Assembly: GCA_965203055.1 (NCBI GenBank) | Contig: OZ241863.1 | Location: 352,001-416,000, forward strand | Reading direction: 5' to 3' | DNA: 64,000 bases | Source: Spirochaetia bacterium | GTDB taxonomy: Bacteria; Spirochaetota; Spirochaetia; SZUA-6; Bin103 | Part shown: positions 28,412 to 37,907 of the stretch, piece after piece | Position numbering within the stretch: the stretch's first letter is position 1 | Layout: each line of letters begins with the position of its first letter | Made by a program: the position numbers and the translations under genes | The notes under the pieces: generated by a model | The model's input: the letters and a program-made list of their open reading frames with translations, nothing else | What the model was told of the DNA's origin: nothing | Database searches by the model: none

Positions 28412-30202
28412 ATGCGGAACGAGAATGGCGGCCGCGCAGGGGTTCGCTACGAACCTGACGACAAGCCCCCGAAAGCGCTGACGTTCGGGCTTGGCGTGCA
28501 ATTCACGATCCTGACCATCGCCGGCGTGGTGCTGACGCCGGCGATCGTGATTCGCGCCGCCGGCAGCAGCGAGTCCTACCTGTCATGGGCGGTGTTCGCG
28601 GCGGTCGCCGTCAGCGGCGCCACCACCATCCTGCAGGCGCTTCGCGTCGGTCGAATCGGCGCCGGCTACGTGCTGCTGATGGGTACCTCCGGGGCCTTCA
28701 TCGCGGTCTGCGTCACGGCGCTGGCCCAGGGCGGCCCGGCGCTGCTTGCCACGCTGGTGGTGATCTCGTCGCTGTTCCAATTCGCGCTCGCCGCCCGGCT
28801 CTCGTTGCTGCGCCGGGTGTTGACGCCCACCGTGGCCGGCACCGTGATCATGCTGATCGCGGTCACGGTCATGCCGATCGTGTTCGACATGCTGGCGCAG
28901 GTACCGGCCGCGGCGCCGCCGCCGGCCGCGCCGCTGAGCGCCCTGGCGACCCTGCTGGTGATCATCGGCATCGCGCTCAAGGCCGGCGGACCGCTGCGCC
29001 TCTGGGCGCCGGTCATCGGCGTGGTTGCCGGCACCGTGACCGCGGGCCTGTTCGGCATCTACGACCTGAGCTCGGTCGCCCGGGCCGCGTGGATCGGCAT
29101 TCCGCAAAGCGCATGGCCCGGTTTCGACCTGAGCTTCGGACCGCTGTTCTGGGCGCTGCTGCCGGCCTTCATCTTCGTGACCCTGGTGGGCGCCATCGAG
29201 ACGATCGGCGACTCGGTGGCCATCCAGCGCGTGTCCTGGCGCCGGCCGCGCGCAATCGACTTCCGCGCGGTGCAGGGCGGCGTGGCCGCGGACGGAACCG
29301 GCAACCTGCTGTCCGGCCTTGCGGGAACGGTGCCGAACACGACCTATTCCTCCTCCATCGCGGTCACCGAGCTTACCGGCGTCGCCGCGCGCGGGGTCGG
29401 GGTCGCCATCGGCGCCGTATACCTCGCGCTGGCGTTCCTGCCCAAGGCGTTGGCCGCGGTGGTGGCGATTCCCGGGCCGGTGGCCGCCGCCTACCTCACG
29501 GTAATTCTGTCGATGCTGTTCGTGCAGGGCTTGAAGATGGTGGTGCAGGACGGGATCGACTATCGCAAGGGTCTCGTGGTCGGCGTCTCGTTCTGGGCCG
29601 GCGTGGGGTTTCAGAGCGGCGTGATCTTCCCCGATTACTTCTCCCAGGCCGCCGGCGGCCTGCTGCAGAACGGCATGACCGCGGGCGGTCTGGTCGCGGT
29701 TCTGATGACCTTGTTCATGGAGCTGACGGCGCCCCGCCGCAGCCGTCTGGAGGCGCATACCGACCTTGCCGACCTGCCGCGGATCACCAAGTTCCTGCGC
29801 GCCTTCGCCGCCCGCAACGGCTGGGACGCGGCGATGGCGCAACGCCTCGACGCCGCCGGTGAAGAGACGCTGCTGTCGCTCATCGAGCAGGAGGAAGGCG
29901 GGCCGGACGACGGGCGCGAACGCGGGCGGCGCCGCCTGCTGCTGGTGGCCCACAAGCAGGACGGCGGGGCGGTGCTGGAGTTCACCGCGGCCGCCGGCGG
30001 GGAGAATCTCCAGGACCGTCTCGCGCTGCTCGAAGCGCCGTCCGGCGACGCTCCCGACGAGCGCGAGTTCTCACTGCGGCTGCTGCGTCACCTGGCCTCG
30101 TCGGTCCGCCACGAGCAGTACCACGACACCGAAATCGTAACCGTACGCGTCGAGGCGCCCGTCGCGGCTCATAGTCCGCGGGCCGCTCGCCGGACCGGCT
30201 AA
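28412..30202 (+). CDS. NCS2 (xanthine/uracil) family permease with a C-terminal RsbW/HATPase-like extension
   Basis: TILQA..GRIG, GTS.AF, ETIGD, GGVAADG and PNTTYS permease motifs, plus a soluble tail of about 150 aa. Confidence 0.85.
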   Translation: MRNENGGRAGVRYEPDDKPPKALTFGLGVQFTILTIAGVVLTPAIVIRAAGSSESYLSWAVFAAVAVSGATTILQALRVGRIGAGYVLLMGTSGAFIAVCVTALAQGGPALLATLVVISSLFQFALAARLSLLRRVLTPTVAGTVIMLIAVTVMPIVFDMLAQVPAAAPPPAAPLSALATLLVIIGIALKAGGPLRLWAPVIGVVAGTVTAGLFGIYDLSSVARAAWIGIPQSAWPGFDLSFGPLFWALLPAFIFVTLVGAIETIGDSVAIQRVSWRRPRAIDFRAVQGGVAADGTGNLLSGLAGTVPNTTYSSSIAVTELTGVAARGVGVAIGAVYLALAFLPKALAAVVAIPGPVAAAYLTVILSMLFVQGLKMVVQDGIDYRKGLVVGVSFWAGVGFQSGVIFPDYFSQAAGGLLQNGMTAGGLVAVLMTLFMELTAPRRSRLEAHTDLADLPRITKFLRAFAARNGWDAAMAQRLDAAGEETLLSLIEQEEGGPDDGRERGRRRLLLVAHKQDGGAVLEFTAAAGGENLQDRLALLEAPSGDAPDEREFSLRLLRHLASSVRHEQYHDTEIVTVRVEAPVAAHSPRAARRTG

Positions 30203-31395
30203 CCGGACGCGGTGACGCGGCGCAGGCCGGCGGTGAGCCGGCGGAGCGCCTCGGCCAGGGTGGCGTCGTCGGGGGCGGCGTAGGCGATGCGCAGGTAGCA
30301 GCCGGCGGTCAGCCCGAAGGCGGCGCCCGGCACCGCCGCGACCCGATGGTCGCGGATCAAGCGCGCGGCGACCTCCATCGAGTCGGCGTCGGCCGCCACC
30401 TTGGCGAGCACGTAGAACGCGCCGCGGGCCGCCGGCACTTCCACCAGCGGGCCCAGCTCCTCGAGCGCGGCCAGCACCGCGGCGCGCCGGGCGGCGATTG
30501 CCGGCAGATGACCGCGGCAGTAGTCGACTCCGGCATCCAGCGCGGCGCACGCCGCGAACTGCGAGATGATCGCCGGACAGATCGCGATGGTGTCCTGGAC
30601 CTTGGCGGCGGCATCGTGCAGGTACGCCGGGAGGCGCAGGTAGCCGATCCGCCAGCTCGCGAAGCCGTACGCCTTGGAGAGGGAGTAGAGGGAGATCGTG
30701 TGCTTGCCGGCGCCGGGCAGCGAACCGGGCGAAAAGTGCTCGGCGCCGTCGTACAGGAAGTACTCGTACGCCTCGTCGTGCACGTGAAAGACGCCGCGTT
30801 CGGCGCACAGCCGGTTCAGGGCGCGCAGGTCCGCTTGCGGGTAGACGGCGCCGGAGGGATTGTTCGGGGAGATGGTGACCACCGCGCGCGTGTTGGCGTT
30901 GATCGCGGCCGCCGCGGCGTCCAGGTCGAGTTGGAACTCGGCGTCGGTGGCCACCACCACCGGCCGGCAGCCGGCCATCGTCACCGCCATTTCATGGTTG
31001 AAGTAGAACGGCGACATCAGCACCACCTCGTCGCCCTCGTCGCAGATTGCCAGCAGGGCGTTGACGAACGCCATGTTGCCGCCCGAGGTCACCATCAGCT
31101 CGCGCTCGTCGGCAATCGTGATCCCGTTCTCGCGCGCCAACTTGGCGGCGATGCGCTCGCGAAGCGCGGGAATGCCGTACACCGAGGCATACTTGTGATT
31201 GGCCGGGTCGGCCAGGAAGCGGGCGGTCGCCTCCCGGATGCCGGACGGCGGGGGATAGCCGACCACCCCCTGCCCCAGCGAGATGGTGCCCGGGTTCTCG
31301 GCGATGAGCCGGTGGATGCGCGGGATGATCGGCGGCTGCACCCGCTGCAGGCGGGCGGACTGGGAGAATCGAGTCGCCGGATTCGGCTGGTTCAT
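30199..31395 (-). CDS. PLP-dependent aminotransferase class I/II
   Basis: ISLGQG, SPNNPSG, HDEAY and SLSKAYGFASWRIG motifs. Confidence 0.93.
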   Translation of the reverse strand: MNQPNPATRFSQSARLQRVQPPIIPRIHRLIAENPGTISLGQGVVGYPPPSGIREATARFLADPANHKYASVYGIPALRERIAAKLARENGITIADERELMVTSGGNMAFVNALLAICDEGDEVVLMSPFYFNHEMAVTMAGCRPVVVATDAEFQLDLDAAAAAINANTRAVVTISPNNPSGAVYPQADLRALNRLCAERGVFHVHDEAYEYFLYDGAEHFSPGSLPGAGKHTISLYSLSKAYGFASWRIGYLRLPAYLHDAAAKVQDTIAICPAIISQFAACAALDAGVDYCRGHLPAIAARRAAVLAALEELGPLVEVPAARGAFYVLAKVAADADSMEVAARLIRDHRVAAVPGAAFGLTAGCYLRIAYAAPDDATLAEALRRLTAGLRRVTASG

Positions 31396-31416
31396 GAGGT
31401 GTTGACCGCCCCTCTT

Positions 31417-32529
31417 TCAGATCAGCGGGCGCAGGAGCGGGGTCTCCGGCAGCTCGGCGCGCAGGCGCGCGAACACGTCCACGCCGCCGCGGTCGAGCGC
31501 CGTCGGATCCGCCAGCGGCAAGTCCACGCGCACCTGCTCCAGGCTGGAGAAGCAGGCCGCGGCCAGCACCTCCAATCCGGTGTAGGCGTGTTCGACGTCG
31601 CAGGGATGGTCCGGCAGCGCGCCCTCCAGCCAATCGGCAATCTGCACGGCGTAGGCCTGCTGAATGCGCGGCGACTCCCACTCCCAGCCGGCGCCGGGAT
31701 CTTCCGGCGAGTAGCCGGGGTTGGCGCCGCGCACCGGCTCCCCTCCGGTGGCGCGGCTCAGCGTTCCCCAGACGCCCGAGTTCTCCGCCCACACCGTACC
31801 CTCGCTGCCGTGTACCGTCAGCCGATTCACCTGCCAAGCGCCGCCCGAGTCGAAGCGCGGCGCCGCAGCGCCGTACTCGCCCATGGCGTAGACGCCGCCG
31901 GCGAGCTCCAACCGCACCAGGCACAGGTCAGGCGACGGGTGGACGTCCTGCAATTGGGTGCGTCCGTGGACGTGGCCCACCACCCAGCGCGGCGCCGCGA
32001 AGCCGCCGGCCCAGAGCAGGTAATGGGTGTAGTGGGTACCGCGATCGAACAGGTTGCCGGTCGTGGAGGCGTGAATCTCGGTGGGGCGCCCGATGGCGCC
32101 GGCGTCCAGCACCCGCTTGAGCCGCTGAAACGAGCTGGTGTAGAGGTGCTGCTGGCACACGGCCGCCTTGATGCCGGCGCCGCGGCACAGCTCGACGATG
32201 CGCCGCCCCTCGGCCAGCGACAGCGCCATCGGCTTCTCGAACGCCAGCCCCTTGACCCGGTGGGCGGCGGCAAGCTCCACCAGCGCCACCCGCACGGCAG
32301 GCGGGGTGACGAAGCAGAACAGGTCGGGCGCGGTGTCGGCCAGCATGCGGCCGGCGTCCGCGTACCGGGCGGCCTCGATCCCGAACTGGTCGGCGGCGGC
32401 GCTCAGCCGCGCCGCGTCCAGGTCGCACACCCCCACCAGCTCGAACCGCTCGGGGTGCGCCAGCCAGCCGGCGAGGTGCTTCTTGCCGCGGTTGCCGCAG
32501 CCGGCCTGCGCCACGCGCAGCTTGGCCAT
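31417..32529 (-). CDS. Gfo/Idh/MocA family oxidoreductase
   Basis: AGCGNRG, EKPMA and DRGTH motifs. Confidence 0.88.
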   Translation of the reverse strand: MAKLRVAQAGCGNRGKKHLAGWLAHPERFELVGVCDLDAARLSAAADQFGIEAARYADAGRMLADTAPDLFCFVTPPAVRVALVELAAAHRVKGLAFEKPMALSLAEGRRIVELCRGAGIKAAVCQQHLYTSSFQRLKRVLDAGAIGRPTEIHASTTGNLFDRGTHYTHYLLWAGGFAAPRWVVGHVHGRTQLQDVHPSPDLCLVRLELAGGVYAMGEYGAAAPRFDSGGAWQVNRLTVHGSEGTVWAENSGVWGTLSRATGGEPVRGANPGYSPEDPGAGWEWESPRIQQAYAVQIADWLEGALPDHPCDVEHAYTGLEVLAAACFSSLEQVRVDLPLADPTALDRGGVDVFARLRAELPETPLLRPLI

Positions 32530-33578
32530 CAGCCGTTGCCCGGCCGGCGCTGACCGGCGGCCGCCGAGGGTTCGGCCACGCGCACCACCTGCTTGCCGAC
32601 GTTCTTGCTGGTGAGCAGGCGCAGGAACGCTTCGGGCAGGCGCTCGAAGCCGTCGGCGACGTCGAAGCGCGACCGCACGGCGCCGGCGCGGTGCCAGGCC
32701 GCGAGACGGGCGTAGGCTTCGTCCGCGCGGTGCGCGTAATCGCCTGACAGAAACCCCTCGATGCGGGCGCGGGAGACCAGGATGCGGCGCATGAAGCGCG
32801 GTCCGACGTCGGGCTGCTCGAAGCGGTCGGCGAGGCTGATGGTGCCGACCACCACCACCCGCGCGAAGGTCGCCAGGTTCTGCATCACCGCATCCAGAAT
32901 CGGGCCGGCGGTGTTGTCGAAGTATACGTCCACGCCGTTCGGGCACACCCGCGCGATGGCGGCCGCCAAGTCACGTTCGGCGCGGTAGTCGATGCCGTCG
33001 TCGTAGCCGAGCTCGCGGCACCAGGCGAGCTTCTCCGCCGAGCTGGTGACCGCGATCGTCCGGCAACCGCACAGCTTGGCGATCTGGCCGGCGAGCTGGC
33101 CTACCGACCCGGCCGCGGCCGAGATCACGACCGTATCTCCCGGCTTGATGCGGCCGGTCTCCAGCAGCGCGAAATAGGCGGTCGGGCCGTTCGTGCCCAG
33201 GGCGTCCAGCCACAGCGGCAGGTCGCCCACCGCAGGGTCCACGCGCCGCGCCGCCGCGGCCGGCAGCGCGGCGTACTCCTGCCAGCCGGTGGTCGCCGTC
33301 ACCAAGTCGCCCGGGCGGTAGGCGGCAGCGTTCGACCGCACCACCTCGGCTACGCCGGCGGCGGTCATCACCTCGCCCAGGCTGACGCCGGCAGCGTAGT
33401 TCTGCTGCCGGCTGATGCGCCCCCGCATGTAGGGGGCGACGTCGAGGTACAGGGAGCGCACCAGCAGCTCCCCTGCGCCCGGCTCCGGCACGGCGCCTTC
33501 GGACAGCGCCCAGTTGTCCAAGGCCGGCAGGCCCTCCGGGTGGGAGGCCAGCCGCCACTGTCGATTGCTCACTGCCAT
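32529..33578 (-). CDS. NADP-dependent oxidoreductase (CurA/prostaglandin reductase-like MDR)
   Basis: PYMRG, TAYFAL, ISAAAGSVG, GVDVYFDN and GKQVV motifs. Confidence 0.9.
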   Translation of the reverse strand: MAVSNRQWRLASHPEGLPALDNWALSEGAVPEPGAGELLVRSLYLDVAPYMRGRISRQQNYAAGVSLGEVMTAAGVAEVVRSNAAAYRPGDLVTATTGWQEYAALPAAAARRVDPAVGDLPLWLDALGTNGPTAYFALLETGRIKPGDTVVISAAAGSVGQLAGQIAKLCGCRTIAVTSSAEKLAWCRELGYDDGIDYRAERDLAAAIARVCPNGVDVYFDNTAGPILDAVMQNLATFARVVVVGTISLADRFEQPDVGPRFMRRILVSRARIEGFLSGDYAHRADEAYARLAAWHRAGAVRSRFDVADGFERLPEAFLRLLTSKNVGKQVVRVAEPSAAAGQRRPGNG

Positions 33579-33604
33579 GAGCCGCATTGTACCACCGCCC
33601 GCGA

Positions 33605-33638
33605 TCTTGTGTTGCGCACGTTCTTGTGTTGCGCAGGT
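33605..33638. repeat. 17-bp tandem direct repeat in the promoter region
   Basis: TCTTGTGTTGCGCACGT followed directly by TCTTGTGTTGCGCAGGT. Confidence 0.8.
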
Positions 33639-33642
33639 TCGT

Positions 33643-35043
33643 TCAGGCCGCCGGCGCCGCGGCGGGCAGCCAGGGGAGGGAGCTGCCGGCGGCCAGCCGC
33701 CGGATCAGCAGGGCCAGCTCCAGGGCGTGGTAGTCGCCCCACTGGCACGACTCGCCGCAGGGGACCCGGCGTCCCGGGGGAACGTGGTCCCAGCCGTTGG
33801 GGCGGTGGTAGACGGTGTGCAGCAACAGGCCCTGGTGCGCGGGGTCGGCGGCCAGGTAGGGCGCGGCGAACAGGGTGCGGGCGATGCCGAGACCGGCGCC
33901 GAGGAAGCGGGCGGCGGGCGCCGGGCGCACGGCGTCCGGCAGCATGGCCAGACGCAGCAGACCCTGGGCGGCGATGGCCGCGGCGGAGCTGTCCACCGGC
34001 TCGTGGTCATTGAACGGATCCGCCGCCGCGGCGCGCCAGTCGCCGGCGGCGGCCAGGCCGGGCGCGCCGGTGTCCCAGTAGGGAATGCCGTCGGCGGCGC
34101 TGTTGGCGAGGTAGAATTGGCCGGTCGCCGCGGCCGCGGCCCCCACCCGCGCTACCGCCTGCGCGTGGCTCGCCAGTCCCGGGACGCCGGCCTCGGCCAC
34201 CGCCTCCGGCGCCAGCGCGGCGAGGTACTCCAGCATCTCCGCGCAGCCGAGAATGGCCCATGCCAGACCGCGCGTCCAGGTAGAGAACGGCGAATATCCC
34301 TGCTGCGTGGCGGCGCAGCGGTAGCTGCCGTCGTTGACGTTGAACAGCGCCTCGTGGGCCACCCGCCCGGGTACGTCGTAGTGGTCGCGCCCGGCGCCGA
34401 AGTAGACGTTGTAGCGGAGGGTGGTTTCGAGGTGCTGCAGCAGGCGCCGCAGCAGCGAGATGCGGCGGTCGCGCTCGCCCATCAGCACCTGCCCCAGCTC
34501 GTGCGCCGCGGCCAGCACCCGCAGCGAGCGAATGGTGTCGATGAACAGCGACTGCGGGCCGTTGAAGGAACAGATGTAGCCCAGGCCGTCGGGCAGCGCG
34601 GTCCAGCGCGCCGCCTGCACCGCGCCGGAGACCCGGATCGCCAACTGCAGGTGCTCGCGGTCGCCCGGCGTGGCCGGCCAGCGTCCTTCCTGCGCCAGGC
34701 GCAGCAGGTTGCCGTAGGTGCTCATGGTGTTGAAGCCGTGGTCGTGCACCCCGGTATGGGTGAGATGCGCCGGCATCACGCGGTCGATGCCGGAGCAGCC
34801 CAGCTCCAGCAGGCCGGCGTCGCCGGTGGCGTCGAAGGTCAGCAGCGCGGCGCCGTACTGGAACCCCTGGGTCCACTCGGTCCAGCCGCGGGTGGTGTAC
34901 TTGCCGTCGGCGGTGAACACCGGCGCCCCGCGCGCGGCGTCCCAGGCCGCGTCCAGGGCGCGGATCTTGGCGCCGGCCAGGGCGAATACCGAAGCCGCGG
35001 CCGGCTCCAGGTCGCGCGGTTGGAGTGCGGCGTCAACGTCCAT
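33643..35043 (-). CDS. Glycoside hydrolase, GH88-like (unsaturated glucuronyl hydrolase-like)
   Basis: WTEWTQGF, HDHGF, FIDT, STWTRGLAW, DSSAAAI and WGDYH motifs. Confidence 0.8.
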   Translation of the reverse strand: MDVDAALQPRDLEPAAASVFALAGAKIRALDAAWDAARGAPVFTADGKYTTRGWTEWTQGFQYGAALLTFDATGDAGLLELGCSGIDRVMPAHLTHTGVHDHGFNTMSTYGNLLRLAQEGRWPATPGDREHLQLAIRVSGAVQAARWTALPDGLGYICSFNGPQSLFIDTIRSLRVLAAAHELGQVLMGERDRRISLLRRLLQHLETTLRYNVYFGAGRDHYDVPGRVAHEALFNVNDGSYRCAATQQGYSPFSTWTRGLAWAILGCAEMLEYLAALAPEAVAEAGVPGLASHAQAVARVGAAAAATGQFYLANSAADGIPYWDTGAPGLAAAGDWRAAAADPFNDHEPVDSSAAAIAAQGLLRLAMLPDAVRPAPAARFLGAGLGIARTLFAAPYLAADPAHQGLLLHTVYHRPNGWDHVPPGRRVPCGESCQWGDYHALELALLIRRLAAGSSLPWLPAAAPAA

Positions 35044-35060
35044 TTCAATCTCCCGCAGGG

Positions 35061-35843
35061 CTACAGGCGCAGCAGGCTGAAGCCGCCGTCCACGTCCACC
35101 ACTGTACCCTGACTGAAGTCGAAGGCGCCGCTGACCAGCGCCGCCACCGCGCGGCCGACGTCGGCGCCGCTCCCCCAACGGCCCTGCGGCACCAGGCCGT
35201 CGGCGATGAGGGCGTCGTACTTCTCCTTGACCGCCCGGGTCATGTCGGTCTCCATCAATCCCGGGCGCACCTCGTAGACGCCGATCCCCGCTGCCGCCAA
35301 ACGCACCGCGAACAGCTCCCGGGCCATGCTCAGGCCGGCCTTGGACACGCAGTACTCGCCGCGGCTCACCGAGGCGTAGGCGGCCGAGATGGAGGTGACG
35401 AAGACCACCGCGCGCCGCCGGTCGGGTTCTCCCGGCCGGGCGAGCCAGTGGCGCGCCACCTGCTGGGTGAGGAAGTAGGGGCCGACAAGATTGGTGGCCA
35501 GCACTTCCGCAAACGACTCCTCGGTGGCTTGCAACAGGTCGGCGCGCCGGCGCGGGGCGATGCCGGCGTTGTTCACCAGTATCTCCACGCTGCCGAACCG
35601 CTCCAGGGTCTCCGCCAGCAGGCGCGCGCGGTCCGCGGACACGGCGACGTCCGCCTGCAGGTGGTGAAAGCGCTGGCCGGCGCCCGCGGCGCGCTGCCGG
35701 CAGGCCGCCGCGGTGGCCGCCGCGGAGGCGGCGTCGCTGCGGTAGCCGATCGCCACCGAGTGGCCGGCCGCGGCCAGCGCCAGCGCGACCCCGGCGCCGA
35801 GGCCGCGCCCGCCGCCGGTGACCAGCGCCACCGGAGGCGTCAC
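35061..35843 (-). CDS. SDR family oxidoreductase (3-ketoacyl-ACP reductase-like)
   Basis: TGGGRGLG, NNAG, YCVSK and VDGG motifs. Confidence 0.9.
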   Translation of the reverse strand: MTPPVALVTGGGRGLGAGVALALAAAGHSVAIGYRSDAASAAATAAACRQRAAGAGQRFHHLQADVAVSADRARLLAETLERFGSVEILVNNAGIAPRRRADLLQATEESFAEVLATNLVGPYFLTQQVARHWLARPGEPDRRRAVVFVTSISAAYASVSRGEYCVSKAGLSMARELFAVRLAAAGIGVYEVRPGLMETDMTRAVKEKYDALIADGLVPQGRWGSGADVGRAVAALVSGAFDFSQGTVVDVDGGFSLLRL

Positions 35844-36590
35844 CTACATCACCCCCGGGCGGCCGGCCAGCAGCGTCATCGGGTCGCTGATCGGCACCGG
35901 GTTGCGCAGCAGGTAGGCCTCGCCGAACTCGGCGCCGATCATCCGCCCGTAGTAGCGGTGGCGCCCCTCCCAGGCGGCCAGGAAGTCGGACCGCGAGAGG
36001 TAGGTCTCCGGCTCCGCGGCGGCGCCGGGTGGAGCGGCCGCCGGCGCCGGGCGGTGCAGCTGCGAGGCGTAGCACGCCACGGCGCGCGCCTTGACGGCGA
36101 ACTGGCCGCTGACGTCGACGATCAGGGAGGGGCGCGCGGCGTAGCGCGACAGGTGGAATAGCATTGCCTCGGGGCGGTGGGCGGGCGCGCCGCCGGGGTG
36201 CTTGGCGACTCCGGCGAACCACCACGCGTCCTTCATCAGCAGGCTGGTGTTGACGTGATCCGGGTGATGGTCTTCCCAGTAGGGTCCCACCAGCATGCGC
36301 GGCCGCTCGCTGCGGATCACCTCCACCAGCCGCGTGCGGTACTCGACGGTACGCTCCACGAAGCCGTCCGGCAGGTCCAGGTCCAGCCTCACGTGCAGTC
36401 CCAGGATGGCGGTGGCGCGGGCGCGTTCCTCGCTGCGCAGCGCGGCGTTGCCGCGGCTGCCCAGCTCGCCGCGCGTCAGGTCCACCACGCCCACGCGGGC
36501 GCCGGCGGCCCGGCAGCGCAGCAGCAGGCCGGCGCAGCCCAGCTCGGCGTCATCGGGATGGGCGCACACCGCCAGCACGTCAACCGCCAT
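35844..36590 (-). CDS. bshB1: PIG-L family deacetylase, BshB1-like
   Basis: AHPDDAELG, DLTRGELGSRG, HPDH and YASQ motifs. Confidence 0.78.
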   Translation of the reverse strand: MAVDVLAVCAHPDDAELGCAGLLLRCRAAGARVGVVDLTRGELGSRGNAALRSEERARATAILGLHVRLDLDLPDGFVERTVEYRTRLVEVIRSERPRMLVGPYWEDHHPDHVNTSLLMKDAWWFAGVAKHPGGAPAHRPEAMLFHLSRYAARPSLIVDVSGQFAVKARAVACYASQLHRPAPAAAPPGAAAEPETYLSRSDFLAAWEGRHRYYGRMIGAEFGEAYLLRNPVPISDPMTLLAGRPGVM

Positions 36591-36605
36591 GACACCCCGA
36601 TAATA

Positions 36606-37895
36606 TCAGAACACTTCTTCCATTACGTAGAAGTAGTTTTCGTCGGTGCCGAAGATCAGGTAGTTGCCGGCCACCACCGGGGCGCTCAGCACTGCGCCCT
36701 CCAGGTCCATCTCCCACAACAGCCGGCCATTCCGGGCGGAGAGCGCCACCAGGCGCGGCGGGCGCCCGCCGGGAACGCCGTCGCCGCGCACCCCGAAGTA
36801 GACCCGGTCGCCGGCCACGGTCGGCGCGCTGCTGGTGGGATACTGAAAGCTGTAGCGCCACGCCGGCTGCCCGGTGCGGGCATTGAAGGCGCGCGCCACG
36901 GCGTCGCCGCTGGTGTAGATCACGGTGTTGCGCCACAGCGCCGGCGCCAGGTAGTCCAGGAGCTGCAGGTTGTCGAGGAACACCCGTTGCGGGTGGTAGA
37001 TCAGCTCGCCCGCGTCGCCGAAGAACGACTCCTCCTGCCGGTTCCACAGCTCCTCGCCGGTGAGCCGGTCGACCGCGTAATAGACGAACTGCAGGCCGCC
37101 GCCGCCAAGACTGCGCCCGAGGCCGGCCGCGGAGTAGAACAACTCGTCGCCGCGTAACGCGGGAAAGGAGTACCAGTTGAGCCCCGGGGTGGTCGACTTG
37201 ATCCACAGATACGCCTTTTCGTACACGTCGTAGGCGCCGAAGCTGGCGCCGCGTCCGGGCGGGCCGGGCGCCCAGTACATCACCCCGTCGTACACCTGGA
37301 AGGTGTGGAAGGACCACACCGGGTTGGGGAGGTAGTGCACTTCGTCGCCGCCGGCGGCGGTGACGAAGTGGGTGTTGCCGCGGTCGCTGGTGAACATCAC
37401 CAGATCGTCGTAGCGCAGAATCAGCGACTGCACGGTGTATTCGGTGGGGAACTTCCAGCGCTCCTCGCCGGTTTCTCGCGCCACGGCGTAGACGTGGCCG
37501 TCGTTGGAACCGAAGTAGAGATGGTCCTGATCGGCGAACGGCACCGAGTTGACCGGCGCCTGCGCCTGGAAGATCCAGCGCATGTAGCCGCTGCGCACGT
37601 CCAGCGCGTAGAAGTTGCCGTCGTCGGAGCCGAAGTAGATGGTGTCGTCCACCACCACCGGCGGGTTGAAGGAACGCGCCTTGCCGCCGCCGGCCTGCAA
37701 CTGCAGTTGCCACTTGACCGCCAGCGGCGGTTGAATCCGCGTCCCGGTGATCCCCCGTCCTTCCTCCCCCCGGAACATCACCCAGTCGCGGTTGCCGCTG
37801 CCGTACGCCGCCGCGGGCGCCAGTACGCACCCCAGCGCGCACAACGCCGCGGCCAACGCTCGGTTCGCCGCCGCGGCAAGCGGTCGCTGCCTCAT
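36606..37895 (-). CDS. Secreted PQQ-like beta-propeller repeat protein
   Basis: Signal peptide, WVMFRG and repeated YFGSxDG..YA....G..RW blades. Confidence 0.88.
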   Translation of the reverse strand: MRQRPLAAAANRALAAALCALGCVLAPAAAYGSGNRDWVMFRGEEGRGITGTRIQPPLAVKWQLQLQAGGGKARSFNPPVVVDDTIYFGSDDGNFYALDVRSGYMRWIFQAQAPVNSVPFADQDHLYFGSNDGHVYAVARETGEERWKFPTEYTVQSLILRYDDLVMFTSDRGNTHFVTAAGGDEVHYLPNPVWSFHTFQVYDGVMYWAPGPPGRGASFGAYDVYEKAYLWIKSTTPGLNWYSFPALRGDELFYSAAGLGRSLGGGGLQFVYYAVDRLTGEELWNRQEESFFGDAGELIYHPQRVFLDNLQLLDYLAPALWRNTVIYTSGDAVARAFNARTGQPAWRYSFQYPTSSAPTVAGDRVYFGVRGDGVPGGRPPRLVALSARNGRLLWEMDLEGAVLSAPVVAGNYLIFGTDENYFYVMEEVF

Positions 37896-37907
37896 GCCGG
37901 CCTGCCT

